A stretch of 64,000 bases of DNA from Gemmatimonadota bacterium (GTDB lineage: Bacteria; Gemmatimonadota; Gemmatimonadetes; Gemmatimonadales; GWC2-71-9): contig CP070716.1 of the NCBI GenBank assembly GCA_020350425.1, forward strand, positions 1,232,564 through 1,296,563, read 5' to 3'. The notes under the pieces are model-generated. The model saw only the letters and a list, made by a program, of their open reading frames with translations. It was not told the origin of the DNA and ran no database searches. The position numbers were made by a program, and so were the translations under genes. The stretch's first letter is position 1. Each line of letters starts with the position of its first letter. Positions 52,238 to 64,000 of this stretch are shown one piece after another.

Positions 52238-54604
52238 ATGCCGAAGACCGCAAAGAAAGCGAAGCAATCAAAGACGGCGGTCAAGAAGGAGACCGCACGG
52301 AAGAAGTCCGCCAAGAAGTCGCCTGCCAAGAAGTCACCCGCCAAGGCGCGCGGCAAGGCTCTCGTCGTGGTCGAGTCGCCCGCCAAGGCCCGCACCATCG
52401 GCAAGTACCTGGCCTCAGGCTACACGGTGAAGGCGACCGTGGGGCACCTGCGCGATCTGCCGCAGCGCGAGCTCGGGGTGGACGTCGAGAACGGATTCGC
52501 GCCGAAGTACGTCACGATCCGCGGCAAGGGCAAGCAGCTCGCCGAGATCAAGCGAGCGGCCAAGACGTCCTCGGCCGTGCTGCTGGCCACCGACCCGGAC
52601 CGGGAGGGCGAGGCGATTGCCTGGCACGTCGCGGAGCAACTCGGCGACGGGTCCAAGATCCGACGCGTGCTGTTCCACGAGATCACCAAGGACGCCATTA
52701 CCCAGGCGATCCACCGGCCGGTCGAGATCGACGGGCAGAAGGTCGAGGCGCAACAGGCCCGACGCATTCTCGACCGCCTGGTCGGATACAAGGCGAGCCC
52801 GCTGCTGTGGCGGTCGGTGAAGCGCGGCCTCTCCGCCGGTCGCGTGCAGACGGTGGCGTTGCGGCTCATCGTGGAGCGGGAGCAGGCGATCCGCGACTTC
52901 AAGCCGCAGGAGTACTGGTCCATCGAGGCGGAGCTGGAGGCGAAGCGGAAGCGCTTCACGGCAAAGCTGCTGAAGGTCGAGGGCACGAACCCCTCGCTGC
53001 ACAACAAGAAGGAAGCCGACGCCGTCGTGCGCGCGGTCAAGGGCCAGCCGTTCGTGGTCAGCGCCGTCGCGAAGAAGCAGCGGCGCAAGCGTCCCGGGGC
53101 CCCCTTCATCACGAGTACACTGCAGCAGGAAGCGGCCAAGCGGCTCGGCTTCTCGGCGAAGCGGACGATGCGTGCCGCGCAGCAGCTGTACGAGGGGGTC
53201 GAGATCGGCAAGGAGGGCGCCGTCGGTCTGATCACGTACATGCGTACCGACTCGCCCCGCGTGGCCCCTCAGGCGATCGATGCTGTCCGCGAGTTCATCG
53301 CGGCGCATTACGACGACCGCTACCTGCCTGAGAAGCCCAACCTCTACCGGACGAAGAAGGCGGCGAGGGCACAGGAGGCGCACGAAGCCATCCGTCCGAC
53401 GGACGTCGACCGCCGCCCCGATTCGGTGCGGAAACACCTGGGCCCCGACCAGTACAAGCTCTATCGCCTCATCTGGCAGCGGTTCGTCGCGTCCCAGATG
53501 ACGCCGGCGGTGTACGACACCACTGCGATCGACTTCGAGATCAAGAAATACCTGTTCCGGGCCACGGGTTCGGTCATGGTGTTCGACGGATTCCACGTGC
53601 TCTACTTCGATACGAAGGAAGCCGGCGAGGAGGAGACGTTCGAGGATCTGGCCCCCGTGCCCGCGTTGGCGAAGGGCGATGAGGCGGCCGTGAAGGGAAT
53701 CACTCCGAACCAGCACTTCACCGAGCCGCCGCCGCGGTTCAGCGAAGCGAGTCTCGTGAAGGAGCTCGAGGCCGACGGAATCGGGCGGCCCAGCACGTAC
53801 AGCTCGATCATCTCGACGTTGCGGGATCGCGGCTACGTGAGCATGGAAAGCCGACGCTTCCATCCGACCGACCTGGGTGAGACCGTGACGAAGGTGATGG
53901 TGAGCCGCTTCCCCGACATCTTCAACGTCGAGTTCACGTCGCAGATGGAGACCGAGCTCGACAAGGTGGAGGAGGGCGAGCTGGGGTGGCAGCAGGTGCT
54001 CCAGGATTTCTACGGTCCCTTCTCCAAGGCGCTGGACTCGATCGACCCGGCGGCGCTCATTCGCGAGGCGCACGACGTCGAGGAGATCGAGAAGGAGCCG
54101 TGCCCCGAGTGTGGCGGGAAGCTCACGGTGAAGAGCGGCCGCTTCGGTCCCTTCATCGCCTGCACGAAGTACCCCGAGTGCCGCTACACGAAGCCGCTCA
54201 AACGCGACAAGGTGCCCGACAAGCCCACCGATGAGGTGTGCCGGGAATGCGGCGCACCGATGGTCATCAAGACGGGCAGGTATGGGGAGTTCCTCGCCTG
54301 CACCAAGTACCCTGAGTGCAAGCACACGCGTCCCATCCCGCTGGGCGTCACGTGTCCGAAGTGCGGTGAGGGCGACATCGCGCAGCGCCGCACGCGTCGC
54401 GGGCGCTCCTTCTACGGCTGCACGCGCTACCCTGATTGCGACTTTTCGACGTGGCACTTTCCGGTGCCCGAGACGTGTCCGGAATGCGGGTTCGTCGGTG
54501 CGGAGAAGCGCTCCACCAAGGCGCGCGGCGAGTATCGTCGCTGCCTCAAGTGCGAGAGTGAGTTCGAGGCCCAGGAGGCCGTCTCTGACGTAGCGGGCCA
54601 GTGA
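52238..54604 (+). CDS. topA: DNA topoisomerase I with Lys-rich N-terminal tail and four C-terminal zinc ribbons
   Basis: [23 protein letters not shown]. Active-site region YMRTDS. CPECGG/CxxCG zinc-ribbon repeats x4. 40-aa KKSPAKK-type tail before TOPRIM. Confidence 0.9.
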   Translation: MPKTAKKAKQSKTAVKKETARKKSAKKSPAKKSPAKARGKALVVVESPAKARTIGKYLASGYTVKATVGHLRDLPQRELGVDVENGFAPKYVTIRGKGKQLAEIKRAAKTSSAVLLATDPDREGEAIAWHVAEQLGDGSKIRRVLFHEITKDAITQAIHRPVEIDGQKVEAQQARRILDRLVGYKASPLLWRSVKRGLSAGRVQTVALRLIVEREQAIRDFKPQEYWSIEAELEAKRKRFTAKLLKVEGTNPSLHNKKEADAVVRAVKGQPFVVSAVAKKQRRKRPGAPFITSTLQQEAAKRLGFSAKRTMRAAQQLYEGVEIGKEGAVGLITYMRTDSPRVAPQAIDAVREFIAAHYDDRYLPEKPNLYRTKKAARAQEAHEAIRPTDVDRRPDSVRKHLGPDQYKLYRLIWQRFVASQMTPAVYDTTAIDFEIKKYLFRATGSVMVFDGFHVLYFDTKEAGEEETFEDLAPVPALAKGDEAAVKGITPNQHFTEPPPRFSEASLVKELEADGIGRPSTYSSIISTLRDRGYVSMESRRFHPTDLGETVTKVMVSRFPDIFNVEFTSQMETELDKVEEGELGWQQVLQDFYGPFSKALDSIDPAALIREAHDVEEIEKEPCPECGGKLTVKSGRFGPFIACTKYPECRYTKPLKRDKVPDKPTDEVCRECGAPMVIKTGRYGEFLACTKYPECKHTRPIPLGVTCPKCGEGDIAQRRTRRGRSFYGCTRYPDCDFSTWHFPVPETCPECGFVGAEKRSTKARGEYRRCLKCESEFEAQEAVSDVAGQ

Positions 54605-55896
54605 ACGCCACGGTGGTCGGGGGAGGCCTCGCGGGCTGCGAGGCCGCTTGGGCGCTGGCTGAGCGCGGCGTCGAGGTGACCCTCTACGAGATGCGGCCCC
54701 GCGTGTCGACGCCCGCCCATCACACCGACCGTCTCGCCGAGATCGTCTGCAGCAACACCTTCAAGTCCCTGGAACTGGTCAACGCCCACGGTCTCCTCAA
54801 GGCCGAGTTGCGGCTGCTGGACAGCCTGCTCATGGACGTCGCCGAGTCGGCGCGCGTACCCGGTGGTGCAGCGCTCACCGTGGATCGAGAGGTGTTCAGC
54901 GCCGAGGTCACACGGCGGGTGGAGGGCCATCCGAAAATCGCGGTGGTGCGCGAGGAGGTCGCCGCGCTGCCCAGCCCAGGCGTGGTCGCCACCGGTCCGC
55001 TCACGTCCGACGGGCTCGCGCGGGTGATCGCCGCGCGGCTCGGGGTCGAGGCGCTCGCGTTCTACGACGCGATCGCGCCCATCGTGAGCGACGAGTCGCT
55101 GGATCACGCTGCGCTGTTCCGCGCCTCGCGGTACGGCAAGGGGGAGGGCGACGATTTCCTCAACGCGCCCCTGTCCCGAGACGGGTACGAGGCGTTCCTG
55201 GACGCGTTGCTCGAGGCCGATCAGTACGCGGGCCACGAGTTCGACGCGATCCCCTACTTCGAGGGATGTCTGCCGATCGAGGAGATGGCGCGGCGGGGGC
55301 GGGACACGCTGCGGTTCGGGCCCCTCAAGCCCGTCGGCCTGCCGGATCCGCGGACCGGCCGGCAGGCGCATGCCGTCGTGCAACTCCGCCGCGAGGACCG
55401 TGCGGGCCAGATGTGGAACCTCGTCGGGTTCCAGACGCGGCTCCGCATTCCGGAGCAGCAGCGCGTGTTCGCCCTGATCCCGGGGCTGGAACGAGCCGAG
55501 TTCTACCGCTACGGCAGCATCCACCGCAACACCTATCTGAACAGTCCGGCGGCGCTCACGCCGCACCTCTCGCTCCGCGACGACGAGCGCCTGATCTTCG
55601 CCGGCCAGCTGGTCGGCGTGGAGGGGTACACTGAATCGCTGGCGACCGGGCTCTTGGCGGGCCGCAACCTGGCGCGTATGCTGCAAGGGGAGGCGCCTGT
55701 GGTGCCGCCTCGGGAGACGATGCTTGGCGCGCTGATGCAGTACGTGCACGGTGCCGACCCCGGGCACTTCCAGCCGATGAACGCCAACTTTGGGCTGCTG
55801 CCGCCGCTCGAGCGGCCGGAGCGCGACAAACGCGAGAAGCGGGCGCGGCTTGCCGAGCGCGCCCTGGCCGCGATGCGCGAGTTCGCGGCGTCATGA
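54601..55896 (+). CDS. trmFO: Methylenetetrahydrofolate-tRNA-(uracil-5-)-methyltransferase TrmFO (Gid)
   Basis: GTGA overlap with top[17 protein letters not shown] motif, ELVCSNSF-like [24 protein letters not shown]. Confidence 0.9.
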   Translation: MNATVVGGGLAGCEAAWALAERGVEVTLYEMRPRVSTPAHHTDRLAEIVCSNTFKSLELVNAHGLLKAELRLLDSLLMDVAESARVPGGAALTVDREVFSAEVTRRVEGHPKIAVVREEVAALPSPGVVATGPLTSDGLARVIAARLGVEALAFYDAIAPIVSDESLDHAALFRASRYGKGEGDDFLNAPLSRDGYEAFLDALLEADQYAGHEFDAIPYFEGCLPIEEMARRGRDTLRFGPLKPVGLPDPRTGRQAHAVVQLRREDRAGQMWNLVGFQTRLRIPEQQRVFALIPGLERAEFYRYGSIHRNTYLNSPAALTPHLSLRDDERLIFAGQLVGVEGYTESLATGLLAGRNLARMLQGEAPVVPPRETMLGALMQYVHGADPGHFQPMNANFGLLPPLERPERDKREKRARLAERALAAMREFAAS

Positions 55897-56840
55897 GTCC
55901 CCGTCTCGCCCGCGATCCCGGCCGGGAGATCGCGGAGTTCACGGTCTTCCTCGAGAAGGAGCGCAACGACTCCCCCAACACGGTGCGGGCCTACGCGCGT
56001 GATCTCGAGGCGTTCCGCGCGTTCTGCGACGAGTACTACGGCGGGCCGCGCCGCTGGAAGTGGACCACGATCGATCGGCTTGCCTTGCGGAGCTTCATGG
56101 GGGAGTTGAAGCGGCGCGGGCTCGCCAAACGGTCCATCGCGCGAGCGATGTCGGTGCTGCGCACCTTTTACCGCTTTCTCGGCACCCGTTACGGCCTGGA
56201 GCGCAACCCGGCCAAGGGCGTGCGACTGCCCAAGCTGGAGCGGCGCCTCCCCGCGGTACTGGACCGGGCGCAGGTCGATGAGCTGTTCCGATACGCGCAG
56301 TCGCTGGCGGACGCCGGTGGGTTTCGCGGTCGCCGCGACCTCGCGATTCTCGAGGTGTTCTATGCTACCGGGATGCGCCTCTCGGAGCTGGCGGGGTTGA
56401 ACCTCACCGACGTGGACGTCGTGTCCGACCAGGTGAAGGTGCGGGGCAAGGGGCGAAAGGAGCGGATCGTGCCGCTGGGCGGCTACGCATCGCGTGCCCT
56501 TCGGGGCTATTATGGCGCACGGGATGATCTCCTCGCGGGCCTGCCGCGCGGCCGCGGCGACCGCCGCGCCGTCTTCCTGTCGCAGCGCGGCAGCCGGCTC
56601 TCACCACGCGGCATACAACAGTTGGTGCGGCGCTTCCTCCGTCAGCTGGACGGTCGAGCGGGACTCAAGGTGCACACGCTGCGCCACAGTTTCGCGACGC
56701 ACCTGCTGGACGCCGGGGCGGACCTGCGAGCGGTCCAGGAGTTGCTGGGGCATGCCTCCCTCAGTACGACCCAGGTGTATACTCATACGAGTGTGGAGCG
56801 GCTGAAGCGGGTGTATCAGAAGGCACATCCAAGGGCGTAA
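55893..56840 (+). CDS. xerC: Tyrosine recombinase XerC/XerD family
   Basis: ATGA overlap with trmFO. R...[12 protein letters not shown]...GH....T..YTH catalytic signature. Confidence 0.85.
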   Translation: MSPRLARDPGREIAEFTVFLEKERNDSPNTVRAYARDLEAFRAFCDEYYGGPRRWKWTTIDRLALRSFMGELKRRGLAKRSIARAMSVLRTFYRFLGTRYGLERNPAKGVRLPKLERRLPAVLDRAQVDELFRYAQSLADAGGFRGRRDLAILEVFYATGMRLSELAGLNLTDVDVVSDQVKVRGKGRKERIVPLGGYASRALRGYYGARDDLLAGLPRGRGDRRAVFLSQRGSRLSPRGIQQLVRRFLRQLDGRAGLKVHTLRHSFATHLLDAGADLRAVQELLGHASLSTTQVYTHTSVERLKRVYQKAHPRA

Positions 56841-57418
56841 TGCAGATGCAGATGACACGATTTCGCGCCACCACCATTCTGTGTGTTCGCCGGGACGGGA
56901 AGGTGGCGATGGGCGGCGACGGCCAGGTCACGGTCGGCGACACGGTGATGAAAGCGCACGCCAACAAGGTGCGTGCGCTCGCCAGCGGGAGAGTATTGGC
57001 GGGGTTTGCCGGCGCCGCGGCCGACGCGTTCACCCTGTTCGAGAAATTCGAAGAGAAGCTCGAACGCTTCCCCGGCAATCTCTCGCGGGCTGCCGTGGAA
57101 CTCGCCAAGGACTGGCGGAGCGACCGCGTGCTCCGGCGCCTGGAGGCGTTGCTCGCCGTCGCGAACCACGAGCACGCGTACCTGCTGAGCGGGAGCGGAG
57201 AGTTGATCGAGCCCGATGATGGGATCGTCGCCATCGGCAGTGGCGGCAACTACGCGCTGGCCGCGGCGCGGGCGCTACTCGAGCAGACGGATCTCTCCGC
57301 CAGGGAGATCGTGCAGCGCAGCCTCGAGATCGCCGCGGACATCTGCGTGTACTCGAACCGGAACATCTCCGTCGTCGAGCTGCAGACGGAGAGCGGAAGC
57401 GGGAAGAAGGCGCAATGA
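56840..57418 (+). CDS. hslV: ATP-dependent protease subunit HslV (start ambiguous: ATG at 56840, 56846 or 56852)
   Basis: ...[55 protein letters not shown] overlap with xerC. Confidence 0.85.
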   Translation: MQMQMTRFRATTILCVRRDGKVAMGGDGQVTVGDTVMKAHANKVRALASGRVLAGFAGAAADAFTLFEKFEEKLERFPGNLSRAAVELAKDWRSDRVLRRLEALLAVANHEHAYLLSGSGELIEPDDGIVAIGSGGNYALAAARALLEQTDLSAREIVQRSLEIAADICVYSNRNISVVELQTESGSGKKAQ

Positions 57419-58968
57419 GCACCGAGCCGAAGCCGCTGGAGCAGAAGCTCCAGGCCGCCGACACCGGGCCCGAGGCCCTGCCGTGGCTGGAGGAGCTGCC
57501 GCCGCGGCAAATCGTCGCCGAGCTGGACCGGTACATCGTGGGTCAGGCGGGCGCCAAGAAGGCGGTCGCCATCGCGATCCGCAATCGCTGGCGCCGGCAG
57601 CAGGCGCCCGAAGGGATTCGCGACGAGATCCTGCCGAACAACATCATCATGATCGGACCCACCGGCGTGGGGAAGACCGAGATCGCGCGGCGCTTGGCGC
57701 GGCTGGCGGGTGCGCCGTTCATCAAGGTCGAAGCGTCCAAGTTCACCGAGGTCGGGTACGTGGGACGCGACGTGGAGTCGATGATCCGGGATCTGGTGGA
57801 TTCCGCGATCAACATGGTGCGCGGCGAGCGCGAGGACGAGGTGTTCCCCACCGCCGAGCGCCGCGCGGAAGAACGGCTGCTGGACCTGCTGCTGCCGCGA
57901 CCGCCCAAGATCCGTCCCCGGGCCGGGCTGCACGCGGAGCCGGCGACCCCGCCGGCGGCCGAACCGGCACCCGCGGCGTCCCCCCCCGAGGAGGGACAGA
58001 CCCTGTTTGTGGTGTCCTCCAGCGGCGAGGTCCGCCGCGGCGAGGGCGAGGAGCCGCTCGTCGGGGACGACGAGGAGCGACGCGAGCGCACGCGCGAGAA
58101 GCTCCGGAAGCTGCTCGCGGACGGCAAGCTGGAAGAGCGCGAGGTCGAGATCGAGGTGACGCAGCAGGCGTTTCCCGCGTTCGACATGATGGCGTTCCCC
58201 CAGGGCATGGAAGGCGCAGACGTCAACTTTACGGAGATGCTGCAGGACATGCTGCCGAAGCGCACCAAGAAGCGCGTGGTGCGCCTCAGCGAGGCGCGGC
58301 GGATCCTCGTCGACGAGGAGCTGCGCAAGCTGGTCGATATGGACGACGTGGTGAACGAGTCGCTCGACCGGGTCGAGAATCACGGCATCATCTTCATCGA
58401 CGAGCTCGACAAGATCGCGGGCGAGCGGGGGCACATGGGCGGGCCCGACGTGTCCCGCGAGGGAGTGCAGCGCGACTTGCTGCCCGTCGTCGAAGGCTCC
58501 ACCGTGCAGACCCGCTACGGGTACGTGCGCACCGATCACATCCTGTTCGTCGCAGCCGGTGCGTTCCACGTGTCGAAGCCGTCGGATCTCATTCCCGAGC
58601 TGCAGGGCAGGTTCCCGATCCGCACCGAGCTCTCCTCGCTGGGACAGGAGGACTTCGTGCGCATCATGACGGAGCCGGAGAACTCGCTGATCAAGCAGTA
58701 CCAGGCGCTCTGCAAGGCGGAAGGTTCCGATCTCTCGTTCACGGACGACGGCGTCTCCGAGATCGCGCGCATCGCAATGGTGATGAACGAGCGCACCGAG
58801 AACATTGGTGCCCGACGCCTGCACACCGTCATGACGACCCTGCTCGAGGATCTCCTGTACGAGCTGCCCGACGTACCGGACAAACGGGTCACCTTCGATG
58901 CCGCGCAGGTGCGCGAGCGGCTCATGCGTATCGTCGACGACGAGGATCTGCGGAAGTACATCCTCTGA
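57415..58968 (+). CDS. hslU: ATP-dependent protease ATPase subunit HslU (enlarged, 517 aa)
   Basis: ATGA overlap with hsl[27 protein letters not shown], sensor motifs. Extra N-terminal ~25 aa and a Pro/Ala/Glu-rich I-domain insertion. Confidence 0.9.
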   Translation: MSTEPKPLEQKLQAADTGPEALPWLEELPPRQIVAELDRYIVGQAGAKKAVAIAIRNRWRRQQAPEGIRDEILPNNIIMIGPTGVGKTEIARRLARLAGAPFIKVEASKFTEVGYVGRDVESMIRDLVDSAINMVRGEREDEVFPTAERRAEERLLDLLLPRPPKIRPRAGLHAEPATPPAAEPAPAASPPEEGQTLFVVSSSGEVRRGEGEEPLVGDDEERRERTREKLRKLLADGKLEEREVEIEVTQQAFPAFDMMAFPQGMEGADVNFTEMLQDMLPKRTKKRVVRLSEARRILVDEELRKLVDMDDVVNESLDRVENHGIIFIDELDKIAGERGHMGGPDVSREGVQRDLLPVVEGSTVQTRYGYVRTDHILFVAAGAFHVSKPSDLIPELQGRFPIRTELSSLGQEDFVRIMTEPENSLIKQYQALCKAEGSDLSFTDDGVSEIARIAMVMNERTENIGARRLHTVMTTLLEDLLYELPDVPDKRVTFDAAQVRERLMRIVDDEDLRKYIL

Positions 58969-59110
58969 CCGGCGGCAGCACGCGCCACCAGCAGGGCGTC
59001 CCCCGGCAGCAAGGCTGATTGACCGTCGGCGCCGGATCTGCCGGAGTGGACGGTCTCGGGGCGTCAAGAGCGGGCCGGCCCGAAGTAGCTTTCCGCCTGA
59101 CAGTTCTGGC

Positions 59111-59139
59111 TTTACACCCCCCCGCCGGTCGGCTAGTAT
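59111..59139 (+). promoter_or_regulatory. Candidate sigma70-type promoter of argF
   Basis: TTTACA (59111-59116), 17 nt, TAGTAT (59134-59139). Lies 43 nt upstream of the argF ATG. Confidence 0.35.
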
Positions 59140-59181
59140 CAATCGGCTGGCCTGTCATTTTGACCTACCTCCGCGATCGTT

Positions 59182-60081
59182 ATGCCGAAACGCGACTTCC
59201 TTCAGATACCCGACCTCACCGCCGACGAGATCCGAGAGCTGCTGGACCTGGCCCGCAAGATGAAGGCGGGGAAGTACACCAAGCGACCGCTCGCGGGGAA
59301 GACGCTCGGGATGATCTTCACCAAGAGCAGCACCCGCACCCGTGTCTCGTTCGAAGTGGGCACGTTTCAGCTGGGCGGACACGCTCTGTTCCTGTCGGCC
59401 CGGGACCTGCAGCTCGGGCGCGGCGAGCCCATCAAGGACACTGCCAGAGTCCTGTCGCGCTACGTCGACGGGATCATGATCCGGACGTTCGACCACGCCG
59501 ACGTGGTGGAGTTGGCGCGGCATGCGAGCGTCCCCGTGGTCAACGGACTGACCGACCACCTCCATCCCTGTCAGGTGCTTGCCGACTTGCTGACCGTTCA
59601 GGAGTGCGTTGGGGGATGGGAGGGGAAGGTGGCGGCCTGGGTCGGGGACGGGAACAACGTCGCCAACTCGTGGCTGCATGCCGCCGGGGTGCTCGGGTTC
59701 GAGTTGCGGCTCGCGTGTCCGGAGGGATTCGAGCCCGACCGGGAAGTCTTCGATCGGACCAAGGAGTTGACCACGGTGTCGATCCACGAGGATCCCGAAG
59801 AGGCGGTGCAGGGCGCGCATGTGGTCAACACCGACGTGTGGGCCTCGATGGGGCAGGAGGGTGAGGCTGAGGCGCGCAAGCTGGCGTTCAAGGGCTTCTC
59901 GGTGGATGCGCAGCTCATGAGGCACGCGGCGCCTGACGCAATCTTCCTCCACTGCCTCCCGGCGCATCGTGGCGAGGAGGTCACGGACGAGGTGATCGAG
60001 GGGGCGCAGTCCCGTGTCTTCGATCAGGCAGAGAACCGGCTTCACGTGCAGAAGGCGCTGCTCGTGATGCTCATGGAGTGA
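59182..60081 (+). CDS. argF: Ornithine carbamoyltransferase
   Basis: STRTRVSFE, HPCQ, DVWASMGQE (DxxxSMG) and HCLPA motifs. Confidence 0.85.
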   Translation: MPKRDFLQIPDLTADEIRELLDLARKMKAGKYTKRPLAGKTLGMIFTKSSTRTRVSFEVGTFQLGGHALFLSARDLQLGRGEPIKDTARVLSRYVDGIMIRTFDHADVVELARHASVPVVNGLTDHLHPCQVLADLLTVQECVGGWEGKVAAWVGDGNNVANSWLHAAGVLGFELRLACPEGFEPDREVFDRTKELTTVSIHEDPEEAVQGAHVVNTDVWASMGQEGEAEARKLAFKGFSVDAQLMRHAAPDAIFLHCLPAHRGEEVTDEVIEGAQSRVFDQAENRLHVQKALLVMLME

Positions 60082-60092
60082 GAGGACGTACG

Positions 60093-61202
<1,110 letters not shown>

Positions 61203-61216
61203 GGAGACGCCCGCCC

Positions 61217-61707
61217 GTGCCCCCTCCGATTCGCGTCGCCGTGCTCACCGTGTCGGACCTCGGTGCGGCCGGGGCCCGCGACGACGTGTCGGGTGACGCA
61301 CTGGTGGCGTGGGCGAGCGAGCGGGGGTTCGAGGTGGCGGCCCGCGAGATCGTCCCCGACGAGAGCGACCGCATCGCCGGCGTGCTGTGCCGCTGGGCCG
61401 ACGATGGCGTGGCGGATCTCATCGTGACGACGGGAGGCACCGGGCTCGGGCCGCGGGACGTAACGCCCGAGGCCACGCGTGCGGTGCTCGAGCGGGAGGC
61501 CCCCGGGATCGTCGAGGCCGTTCGGGCCCGCGGCCACCAGAGCTTCCCGCGCAGCGTGCTGTCGCGTGCCGTCGCGGGCACGCGGGCCGCCGCGCTGATC
61601 GTCAACCTGCCGGGGAGCCTGGGTGGCGTGAAGGACGGCATTGCGGTGCTCGACCCCCTCATGGAACACGTCGCGCAGCTGGTGCGCGGCGAGCGGACGG
61701 ATCACGG

Positions 61708-61711
<4 letters not shown>
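61217..61711 (+). CDS. mogA: MogA/MoaB-family molybdenum cofactor biosynthesis protein
   Basis: AAGGAG then GTG 61217. IRVAVLTVSD...LIVTTGGTGLGPRDVTPEAT...NLPGS. The upstream part of ORF 60725.. is off-frame over gcvT. Confidence 0.75.
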
Positions 61712-63243
<1,532 letters not shown>

Positions 63244-63256
63244 CGCTCGACGCTGC

Positions 63257-64000
63257 CTACCGGGTCTGCGTGAATCTGATCACGGCCTGCTGAGACGCCG
63301 GGTCGAGCTGGTCGAACGCCGCCCGGGAGGCAGCCGACTCCCCGCCGTGCATCTCAATGGACTCACGCAGCGACCTGGCCCGCCCGTCGTGCATCAACCT
63401 GCTGCGATATCGCACGCCCCACAGCATCTGCGTCCGCACCTCCGACGGCGTGGCCGTGGGGCCACACACGTCGGCCAGCTCCGGCCCCATGTCGTGCAGC
63501 AGGAGGTCCGAGTAGAGCGGCACGAGCTTGCGGTCCAGCGCCGCAATCGCGTTGGGGCCGGTGCGCAGCGCCGGGACGTGGCAGTCGGCGCACCCGACGA
63601 CGGCGAATAGCGCCCCGCCGCGAACGATGATCTCCCGATCGGCCGCGTCGCGGGGCGGGGCCGGGCGCGGCGGCGCCAGCAGGCGGATGAATTCCGCAAT
63701 CTGGTCCAAAGCCTCTCGCGCGACTTCCGGCTCGGGGGTCGGGTCGGCCGCCGGCGGAACCGGCCGGCCCATGTACGGCACCTCCTCGGGGTGGTCGGGC
63801 GTCGTGAGGCCGAGTGCGAACCAGGCACCAGCCTCGGCCAGGTCGCGGATCGCGGCGCGGTCCAGCTTGCGGCGAAAGCGTCCCAGGCGGCCGTCGGCGA
63901 GTCGCGAGGCGCGGCCCGAGATCCCATCGCCGTCCAGGTCCTCGGGATCCGCGAGGGCGAGGATGGTCTCCTCCGGAATGGCTTCGACGAGGCCGAGTCC
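63257..64000 (-). CDS. DUF1111-family di-heme (cytochrome c peroxidase-like) protein, 3' part (runs off the window)
   Basis: The frame stays open upstream of the track's ATG 63781 to the edge: GLVEAIPEETILALADPEDLDGDGISGR...GRF. Heme site GCADCHVP. C-terminus ...LLHDMGP...MHGGE. Confidence 0.65.
   Translation of the reverse strand, partial: GLGLVEAIPEETILALADPEDLDGDGISGRASRLADGRLGRFRRKLDRAAIRDLAEAGAWFALGLTTPDHPEEVPYMGRPVPPAADPTPEPEVAREALDQIAEFIRLLAPPRPAPPRDAADREIIVRGGALFAVVGCADCHVPALRTGPNAIAALDRKLVPLYSDLLLHDMGPELADVCGPTATPSEVRTQMLWGVRYRSRLMHDGRARSLRESIEMHGGESAASRAAFDQLDPASQQAVIRFTQTR

Noticed and set aside
52415-54457. 680-aa ORF antisense to topA, and 52162..53331 (+) off-frame
   Set aside because: The topA frame has TOPRIM, the active-site Tyr region and four zinc ribbons. 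The alternatives have no motifs and a biased composition.
55893-56840. Tyrosine recombinase as a marker of an integrated mobile element
   Set aside because: It sits in the conserved topA-trmFO-xerC-hslVU order with overlapping junctions. There is no flanking tRNA, direct repeat, phage or transposon gene. It is a housekeeping Xer-type recombinase.
57216-59018. 600-aa + strand ORF and 630-aa minus ORF (57250..59142) over hslU
   Set aside because: Both are off-frame to an unmistakable HslU (Walker A/B and sensor motifs). Their products are Arg/Gly/Ala-rich nonsense.
63394-63927. 177-aa minus-strand ORF overlapping the DUF1111 gene
   Set aside because: It is a different frame from the one carrying the CxxCH heme motif and the DGDGISGR family signature. 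The product is Arg/Pro/Ala-rich.

Overview
Visibly GC-rich, densely coding bacterial chromosomal window with about 55 supportable CDS. I recognised no rRNA, tRNA, CRISPR array, transposase or prophage. Many long off-frame and antisense ORFs in the track are GC artefacts (Arg/Pro/Gly-rich). Real genes were picked by recognisable families, G/C-rich third codon positions, RBS-like purine runs and 4-nt start/stop overlaps.

Content from 5' to 3':
- End of a response regulator, then ccmABC(D) heme export.
- ECF sigma, RsrA-like anti-sigma and a DUF92 membrane protein.
- V4R-like protein, M24 peptidase, heme A synthase, NhaC antiporter.
- Oar-like TonB-dependent receptor.
- lptF/G-family pair, divergent from a 2040-aa SprA-like giant outer-membrane protein that is translationally coupled to a glutaminyl-cyclase-like lipoprotein.
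- A type IVa pilus supercluster of about 29 kb: comEA-like, pilB-pilT-pilC, an inserted cspA and polyphosphate:AMP phosphotransferase, pilS-pilR, a four-gene membrane/glycosyltransferase block, a sigma54 promoter, two tandem pilins, pilV/W/X-like minor pilins, pilMNOPQ and an 832-aa lipoprotein.
- aroC-aroK.
- topA-trmFO-xerC-hslV-hslU, all joined by overlapping stops and starts.
- argF, gcvT, mogA-like, and a sigma54 activator with a degenerate receiver.
- 3' part of a DUF1111 di-heme protein.

Most interesting candidates:
1. A polyprenyl-phosphate-sugar type periplasmic glycosylation module (GT2, two GT-C-like proteins and a fused membrane/spermidine-synthase-like protein). It is chained to pilSR and sits directly upstream of the sigma54-driven pilin genes.
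2. An Ig-repeat/beta-propeller lipoprotein that appears co-transcribed with pilQ.
3. SprA-like and glutaminyl-cyclase coupling, together with Ala|Gln signal-peptidase sites.

All functional calls come from motif and family recognition by eye. No database search was run.
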